Assembly: GCA_038205135.1 (NCBI GenBank)
Contig: JBBRCF010000003.1
Location: forward strand, 1,312-65,311
DNA length: 64,000 nt
Reading direction: 5' to 3'
Source of the DNA: Rhodobacterales bacterium
Lineage (GTDB): Bacteria > Pseudomonadota > Alphaproteobacteria > Rhodobacterales > Rhodobacteraceae
Shown here: piece after piece, positions 58,480 through 64,000 of the stretch
How the letters are laid out: each line of letters begins with the position of its first letter
Numbering within the stretch: position 1 is the first letter of the stretch
Position numbers and translations under genes: made by a program
Notes under the pieces: generated by a model
Told to the model about the DNA's origin: nothing
The model's input: only the letters and a program-made list of their open reading frames with translations
Databases searched by the model: none

Positions 58480-60117
58480 TCAACCCGGCCCGATCATGAA
58501 ACACGTCTGCTTGCGCGCCTGCAACCTGCGACAGGCCAGATCGGCCCCTTCGCGGGTCATGCCCAGAAATGCCGCCTCGAACCCGCTTTTGCGTTCCACG
58601 ACCTTGCGCAGCGATCCGTCCAGCGATGCGCTTTCCATCAGCGCGGTTTTCAGCACCGCCCTTTCCGCCAGAAAGCGGTTCGGGAATTTCCCGACCGTGA
58701 TGCCCCAATGCCGGCCACCCGACGTCGAGACACGGGACACGGTTTCCTGAACGGCGGGCTGTGGCGGTGTGCGGGGGCGGATTTTTGCCGGGGCGGGTGC
58801 CACGGCCACCTGGATTGCTGCCTGCGTGGCCTGCGATGCAGGGCGCGCCATTGGTGGCGCAACCGGGGCGCTGGCGGCCACATCCGTGGTCGGTGCGGTG
58901 ACGGCGGCGGCCAGCGCAGCGATAATTTGGGGCGGGCGCACGACGGCTGTCTGTACAGTGGCCGCTTCAGCGGGTCTTTCCGGCGGCTGGCCGTTGGTCG
59001 CGACCGCAATTTCGACTGCTGCTGCATCCACAACCGCATCCTTTGGCGGCTCGCCGGCAGACACGGCTTCTGCCAGGGCTTTCTGGATGTCGTCTTGCAA
59101 TGCCAGTTGGACGGGGGAAGGCGCGGCGCCGGGGCGATTCTGCGGTCTAAGACTGGATTTTACCGCACCGGACAAGCGGATCGTCTTGCCTTTTGCGCCG
59201 GCGGCAGGGCGTGCGGCGGGGGCATCTTCCACATCCGCTTGGGCGACCAGCGCCGCTGATGGTGCCTTTGGTTTTTCGAACGGTGCTTTGCCCGGGGCGC
59301 GTTTGAACCCGATATCCAGCAATTCAGCCACCTTGGCGTTGCGCGATGCGCCCGATCTGCCCCCGAACACCGTGGCGATGATCCGCTGATTGCCGCGTTC
59401 CGCTGACGCGACCAGGTTATAGCCGGCTGCGCGGGTATATCCGGTCTTGACCCCATCCGCGCCCGCATAGTTGTCCAGCAGGCGGCGGTTGGTGTTCGAC
59501 ACGGTGCCTATTCCCGCATCCGCCGTCCGGCGCTGAAAGATCGAGTAATACGCCGGATAGTCATAGATCAGATGCCGCCCGAGGATCGTCATGTCGCGCG
59601 CGCTGGACATGTGACCCTCGGCGGTCAGGCCATGGGCGTTCTTGAATGTGGTTTTCGTCATGCCCATCGCGCGGGCCGTGCGGGTCATGCGCGCGGCAAA
59701 GGCCGCTTCGGACCCCGAAATGGCTTCGCCGATGGCGGTGGCGGCGTCGTTGGCCGATTTCACCGCCGCCGCGCGGATCAGAAAACGCAGCTTGATCGTC
59801 TGCCCGGCTTTCAGGCCCAGTTTTGATGGCGGTTCGGCTGCCGCATTGGCCGAAATCCGTACCGGCGTGTCCAGCGAGATTTCGCCGCGTTCCACCGCCT
59901 GAAAGGCAATGTACAGCGTCATCATCTTGGTCAGCGACGCGGGGTGCAATCGCGCGTCGGCGTTGGTTTCATGCAGAACTTCGCCCGAACGGGCGTCAAT
60001 GACTAGGGCCGCATAGGGCGTCGCCATGGCAGTCAACGGCAGGATGACCAGCATCCATAGCAGACTGAATATCAATAGCCCGAACTGGGCCGGTTTTTGC
60101 CGAACCTTTGCGATCAC
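58480..60117 (-). CDS. D-alanyl-D-alanine carboxypeptidase (PBP5/6 class) fused via a long Ala/Pro-rich linker to a C-terminal SPOR domain
   Basis: SLTK (SxxK), SAN (SxN) and KTGY (KTG) motifs. C-terminal SPOR-like WGITVGKF...AERAV...GFEAAFLGMT. Confidence 0.86.
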   Translation of the reverse strand: MIAKVRQKPAQFGLLIFSLLWMLVILPLTAMATPYAALVIDARSGEVLHETNADARLHPASLTKMMTLYIAFQAVERGEISLDTPVRISANAAAEPPSKLGLKAGQTIKLRFLIRAAAVKSANDAATAIGEAISGSEAAFAARMTRTARAMGMTKTTFKNAHGLTAEGHMSSARDMTILGRHLIYDYPAYYSIFQRRTADAGIGTVSNTNRRLLDNYAGADGVKTGYTRAAGYNLVASAERGNQRIIATVFGGRSGASRNAKVAELLDIGFKRAPGKAPFEKPKAPSAALVAQADVEDAPAARPAAGAKGKTIRLSGAVKSSLRPQNRPGAAPSPVQLALQDDIQKALAEAVSAGEPPKDAVVDAAAVEIAVATNGQPPERPAEAATVQTAVVRPPQIIAALAAAVTAPTTDVAASAPVAPPMARPASQATQAAIQVAVAPAPAKIRPRTPPQPAVQETVSRVSTSGGRHWGITVGKFPNRFLAERAVLKTALMESASLDGSLRKVVERKSGFEAAFLGMTREGADLACRRLQARKQTCFMIGPG

Positions 60118-60343
60118 TGCCTTGCCCGCCTCGAATGCCGCCGGTTTTCCCGATCAAGCGTTTTGATTTGAAGGAATGTTAGCACATGAACTGTATCGGT
60201 TAAAGCCGTTGATTTTATAGAATTCCTCGGTGCTTTGCGGGGGCGGATCGCAGATCTAGCGGGCTGGTCCGGATCGCCCCCGAAACCTGCCATTGTGGCA
60301 GGAATGTGGCATGCCGCGTCGTCTGTCGGAATTCAGGCCGGCG

Positions 60344-61063
60344 TCAGCCGATCCGCTGCAGCAGGGCGGCCAGTTCGCCCAGATGCGGCAGGACCTGATA
60401 CCGCGGGCTGTCGGGCGGATCGGCGCGTTCCAGATCCCAGATCAGGTCGTGCGGCACGTAGACACCCCAGCCACCGGCCTGCACCATCGGCACCACGTCG
60501 GATTTCATCGAATTTCCCACCATCATGCCGCGCGCCGCGCCGTCGCCATGGCGGGCAAAGATCGCGGCATAGGTGTCCGCGCGTTTGTCCGACACGATTT
60601 CCACGCCATGGAACAGATCGCCTAGGCCAGATTGCGCCAGTTTGCGTTCCTGATCCAGCAGATCGCCCTTGGTGATCAGCACCACGCGATGGGTTGCGGC
60701 GACTGATTCGACCGCATCGCGGGCATGGGGCAGCAAATCGATCGGATGGCGCAGCATGTCCTGTCCGGCGGCGATCAGGTCGGCGATGACACGGGCGGGC
60801 ACGCGGTGGTCGGTGACTTCGATGGCGGTTTCGATCATCGACAGCATGAACCCCTTGATGCCGAAACCGTAATGGCCAAGGTTGCGGCGTTCTGCGGCGG
60901 TCAGGCGCGCCATCAGGTCGGGGGTGTCAACATAGGGGGCCAGCAGATCGGCAAAACGCGCCTGCGTCAGTTGGTAGAAACGTTCGTTATGCCACAGCGT
61001 GTCATCGGCGTCGAAACCGACAACCGTTATTGTTGCCGCGTTCACTATGCCGTTTGCAGACAT
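60344..61063 (-). CDS. HAD-superfamily hydrolase
   Basis: DxDxT motif (FDADDTLW), ITKG and GNSMKSD motifs. The start is at MSANG. Confidence 0.8.
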   Translation of the reverse strand: MSANGIVNAATITVVGFDADDTLWHNERFYQLTQARFADLLAPYVDTPDLMARLTAAERRNLGHYGFGIKGFMLSMIETAIEVTDHRVPARVIADLIAAGQDMLRHPIDLLPHARDAVESVAATHRVVLITKGDLLDQERKLAQSGLGDLFHGVEIVSDKRADTYAAIFARHGDGAARGMMVGNSMKSDVVPMVQAGGWGVYVPHDLIWDLERADPPDSPRYQVLPHLGELAALLQRIG

Positions 61064-61158
61064 GGGTGCTGTCCCTCTTTCCTCATCCCGCGCCAAGGTT
61101 ATATAAGGTTCTCGATCCCGGCCCGCGCCGCCCCTGATGATCCGAGTCCCGCACCGCC

Positions 61159-61497
61159 ATGACCATGATGCCAACGACCCTTGCCGGCAAGACGGATGAA
61201 GGCACCGATCCCACGGTGGTGGTCCAGACGCGCACCGAAACGCGCCGCCCACCGTTGTACAAAGTGCTGCTGCTGAACGACGATTACACGCCGATGGAAT
61301 TCGTGGTGCATGTGCTGGAACGGTTTTTCGGCCTGAATCACGCGCAGGCGGTGGAAATCATGCTGACGGTGCATAAAAAGGGGCTGGCGGTTGTCGGCGT
61401 GTTCAGCCACGAGATCGCGGAAACCAAGGTGACGCAGGTGATGGATTTCGCGCGCCGCCATCAGCACCCGCTGCAATGCACGATGGAAAAGGAATAG
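61159..61497 (+). CDS. clpS: ATP-dependent Clp protease adaptor ClpS
   Basis: [23 protein letters not shown] core. Confidence 0.93.
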   Translation: MTMMPTTLAGKTDEGTDPTVVVQTRTETRRPPLYKVLLLNDDYTPMEFVVHVLERFFGLNHAQAVEIMLTVHKKGLAVVGVFSHEIAETKVTQVMDFARRHQHPLQCTMEKE

Positions 61498-61521
61498 GGC
61501 GCCATCTGCGCCCGCACCCGC

Positions 61522-62532
61522 ATGACCCAGTCCCGCCTGACCCTTGCCCGTGACACCGGGCTGCTACCGCCCGGATTGTGTGTTCTGGGGGTGCCAGAGG
61601 GGCTATCTGCCCTCGACGGGCTGGATGCCGTGTTTGTGACGCCGTCCGCCGCCGATCACGCCCGTCTGGGGCTGACGGCCCGGCGTGTGGCGCCCGATGC
61701 CGCGCCGGCCACGCTGGTGGTGCTGCCGCGCTCGAAATCGCAGGCGCGTGGGTTGGTGGCGCAGGCGTTGATGCTGACGCCCGCGCATGTGGTGATCGAC
61801 GGGCAAAAGACCGACGGCATCGACAGTGTGATCCGCGATCTGCGGGCCCGTCCGGGAATTGTGATGGGCGAGGTGATGGCCAAGGCGCATGGCAAGGTGG
61901 TGGCGATTTCGGGCGATCCGGACACGCTGGCCGATTGGCGACTGCCTGTGGCCCCCACGCCGGTCGCCCCCGGTTTCGTGACCCGCGCCGGGGTGTTCTC
62001 GGCCGATGGACCGGACCCCGGATCGGTGCTGCTGGGTGCAAACCTGCCGCCACTGGTCGGCGAAGGCGCGGATTTCGGCGCGGGCTGGGGGTATCTGGCG
62101 GCGCAGGTGCTGGCCCAACCCAATGTCACCCGCCTGCATCTGGTCGAGGATGACGCGACCGCGCTGGATTGTGCCGCGTTGAACGTGACCGACCCGCGCG
62201 CAACGCTGCATTGGGCCGATGTCACCACTTGGCGGCCGCCGCGCCTGTTGAATTTCGTGGTGATGAACCCGCCGTTTCATCAGGGCCGCAATGCCGATCC
62301 GGCACTGGGGCGCGCGTTCATTCTGGCGGCTGTGGGCGCGATGGCGCCGTCCGGGCGGTTGGTGCTGGTGGCGAACCGCCATCTGCCGTATGAAGAAACG
62401 CTTACCGAACGCTTTGCCGAGGTCACAGAGATCGCCGGCGATACGCGGTACAAATGTCTGCTGGCCAACCGTCCGCGCAAACCTGCAGCGCCCGCCGCCC
62501 GCAATCCCGCCGTCATCCGCACGCGCCGCTAG
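61522..62532 (+). CDS. Class I SAM-dependent methyltransferase, RsmC/RsmD-like rRNA (guanine-N2) type
   Basis: GAGWGYL SAM motif and the NPPFH catalytic motif. Confidence 0.72.
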   Translation: MTQSRLTLARDTGLLPPGLCVLGVPEGLSALDGLDAVFVTPSAADHARLGLTARRVAPDAAPATLVVLPRSKSQARGLVAQALMLTPAHVVIDGQKTDGIDSVIRDLRARPGIVMGEVMAKAHGKVVAISGDPDTLADWRLPVAPTPVAPGFVTRAGVFSADGPDPGSVLLGANLPPLVGEGADFGAGWGYLAAQVLAQPNVTRLHLVEDDATALDCAALNVTDPRATLHWADVTTWRPPRLLNFVVMNPPFHQGRNADPALGRAFILAAVGAMAPSGRLVLVANRHLPYEETLTERFAEVTEIAGDTRYKCLLANRPRKPAAPAARNPAVIRTRR

Positions 62533-62550
62533 CCTGACAGGAGTCAGCCC

Positions 62551-63348
62551 ATGTCCTTTTCCATCACCGGCAAGACCGCGATCGTCACCGGCGCGGCAAA
62601 TGGCATCGGATTGGCCATCGCACGGCATTTTGCAGATCGTGGCGCCAATGTGATGTTCGCAGACATGGACGAAGACAAACTCGCGCACGAGGTCGGCGAC
62701 AAGGCTGACGGCCCGCTGCGGTGGTTTGCGGGCGATCTGCGGGAAAAGCTGACGCTGACCAATCTGGTCTCCGCCACTATCGATGCGTTCGACCGGGTCG
62801 ATATCCTGATCAATGCGGCGCGGCAGGTGGTGGTGTCCGACCCGCTGTGCCCCGAAGATGATGGGGTGGACCTGCTGTTCCGCCAGAATGTGGTGACCGC
62901 GCTGCGGCTGTCGCAGGCCGTTGCAAAACGGATGATCCGGCAGGCCGAGGCTGCGCCCGGCGCGCCCGGCGGTGCCATCGTAAACCTGTCGTCCATTGCC
63001 GCCACGCGCACCGCGCCGGGGATGCTGGCGTATTCGATGTCCGCCGCCGCGCTGGATCAGATGACGCGGTCGATGGCGGTGACGCTGGCCCCGTATGGCA
63101 TCAGGGTCAATGGGCTGGCGTTCGGGTCGGTCATGTCGGCCAGTCTGGTGGCGTCGCTGCGCGACCACCCGGAATATCGCGCCGATATCGAAGCGCATAC
63201 GCCCTTGGGCCGGATCGCGTCCGCGACCGAACTGGCCGAGGCGGCGCAATATCTGGCATCAGAAGGGGCCGGGTTCATGACCGGGCAGATCATGGTGGTG
63301 GATGGCGGCCGGTCGGTGCTGGATGCCGCAATAAGCCCGGCGCACTAA
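62551..63348 (+). CDS. SDR family oxidoreductase
   Basis: TGAANGIG cofactor motif and the YxxxA/K region (YSMSAAA). Confidence 0.86.
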   Translation: MSFSITGKTAIVTGAANGIGLAIARHFADRGANVMFADMDEDKLAHEVGDKADGPLRWFAGDLREKLTLTNLVSATIDAFDRVDILINAARQVVVSDPLCPEDDGVDLLFRQNVVTALRLSQAVAKRMIRQAEAAPGAPGGAIVNLSSIAATRTAPGMLAYSMSAAALDQMTRSMAVTLAPYGIRVNGLAFGSVMSASLVASLRDHPEYRADIEAHTPLGRIASATELAEAAQYLASEGAGFMTGQIMVVDGGRSVLDAAISPAH

Positions 63349-63393
63349 CGGCGCACAGGTCTGCGGCGTCGCCCCCCCGGTGTTGCCGTTGCC

Positions 63394-64000
63394 TTAACCG
63401 CGAATCGTGTCGATCATCAGTTGCACGTTGTCGGGGTTGCCGTCCGGCGTGATGCCATGGCCCAGATTGAAGATATGCGGCCCGCCCCGGAACGCCGCCA
63501 CGATGCGGCGGGTTTCGGACACCAGCGCATCGCCGCCCGTCACCATGTGACCCGGCGCAAGGTTACCCTGCACGCAGCCGTCGGTCTGCACATGCGCCGC
63601 CGCCCATTCCGCATCGACGGAATTATCCAGCGCGATGCAATCGGCCCCGGTGGCGCGGGCGAAACCCTGATAGCGCGTCTTGGCCTCGCGCGGGAAGGCG
63701 ATGATCGGGATGCCGGGATGCCGGCGTTTCAGTTCGGCGATGATGGTGGCCGCCGGGCGCACGGCGAATTCGTCGAAATCCGGGCCCAACAGCGTGCCCG
63801 CCCAACTGTCGAACAGTTTCACCACCTCGGCCCCGGCGTCGATCTGCGCGGACAGGTATTCGATGGTGGCCGCTGTCAGCAGGTCGATCAGCGCGCTGAA
63901 CGTGGCGCGGTCTGACGCCTTCAACGCATGGGCCGGGCCCTGATCCTTGGTGCCCTTGCCCGCAATCATGTAGCTGGCCACGGTCCAGGGCGACCCGGCA
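63394..64000 (-). CDS. hemE: Uroporphyrinogen decarboxylase (C-terminal part; the N-terminus lies beyond the window)
   Basis: C-terminal IFNLGHGI block; the frame stays open to the window edge. Confidence 0.86.
   Translation of the reverse strand, partial: AGSPWTVASYMIAGKGTKDQGPAHALKASDRATFSALIDLLTAATIEYLSAQIDAGAEVVKLFDSWAGTLLGPDFDEFAVRPAATIIAELKRRHPGIPIIAFPREAKTRYQGFARATGADCIALDNSVDAEWAAAHVQTDGCVQGNLAPGHMVTGGDALVSETRRIVAAFRGGPHIFNLGHGITPDGNPDNVQLMIDTIRG

Noticed and set aside
60153-60167. ATCAA-gcgtt-TTGAT upstream of the D,D-carboxypeptidase gene
   Set aside because: The half-sites are in the opposite polarity to an FNR box and have a 5-nt spacer, so it is probably just part of an AT-rich promoter region.
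61497-61513. GGGCGC-catct-GCGCCC hairpin after clpS as a terminator
   Set aside because: There is no U tract, and the next gene starts 8 nt later on the same strand, so read-through or co-transcription is more likely.
61603-63249. 548-aa ORF on the minus strand spanning the methyltransferase and SDR genes
   Set aside because: It is antisense to two ORFs with clear family motifs (NPPFH, TGAANGIG). Its translation is Arg/Gly/His/Pro/Gln-rich with no recognisable motif, which is the typical open-frame artefact of high-GC DNA.

Overview
High-GC alphaproteobacterial chromosome segment; the gene order looks like Rhodobacterales. It is densely packed with core genes on both strands. I found no transposase, integrase, tRNA, CRISPR array, prophage or recognisable defence genes.

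Contents in order:
- Type II sulfide:quinone oxidoreductase (5' partial), a small membrane protein and a TehA/TDT-family transporter
- Class A PBP
- glnK-amtB, rhodanese, membrane cytochrome-c urate hydroxylase (PuuD-like)
- mutL-rmuC, map
- A four-gene ATGA-coupled operon: CinA-like, GNAT, AhpD-like, OmpA-like
- MarR, Nudix, NfeD, SPFH
- rpsU divergent from a COQ9-like gene
- Two quinone reductases and an FAD monooxygenase
- fnrL divergent from hemN
- RNase T2, DUF1013, DUF1963-like, VOC, ornithine decarboxylase, OpgG/D
- recR-ybaB-dnaX, ypfJ, a PTP-like phosphatase
- rsgA directly downstream of the SRP RNA gene ffs (not in the ORF track)
- CpdB-like nucleotidase divergent from nudC, SRPBCC, pheA, membrane-anchored cytochrome c
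- yejABEF, an H-NS-like gene, a universal stress protein
- ccoNOQP, an LLM flavin oxidoreductase, ccoGHIS (ccoS is below the ORF-track cutoff)
- D,D-carboxypeptidase with SPOR domain, HAD hydrolase, clpS, a methyltransferase, SDR, hemE (partial)

I do not see a convincing novel multi-gene system. The leads worth follow-up are non-coding or architectural:
- An orphan FNR-type box followed by a 15-bp terminator-like hairpin between ccoP and the LLM gene, which could be an FnrL-dependent sRNA or attenuator. Near-identical FNR-box modules flank the LLM gene.
- An apparently leaderless hemN.
- The ffs-rsgA juxtaposition.
- A long structured leader upstream of ornithine decarboxylase (possible speF-type element).
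- A possibly frameshifted DUF1963 gene.
- A 15-bp in-frame tandem repeat in rmuC.

All family assignments come from reading the translated ORFs and motifs. No database search was run.
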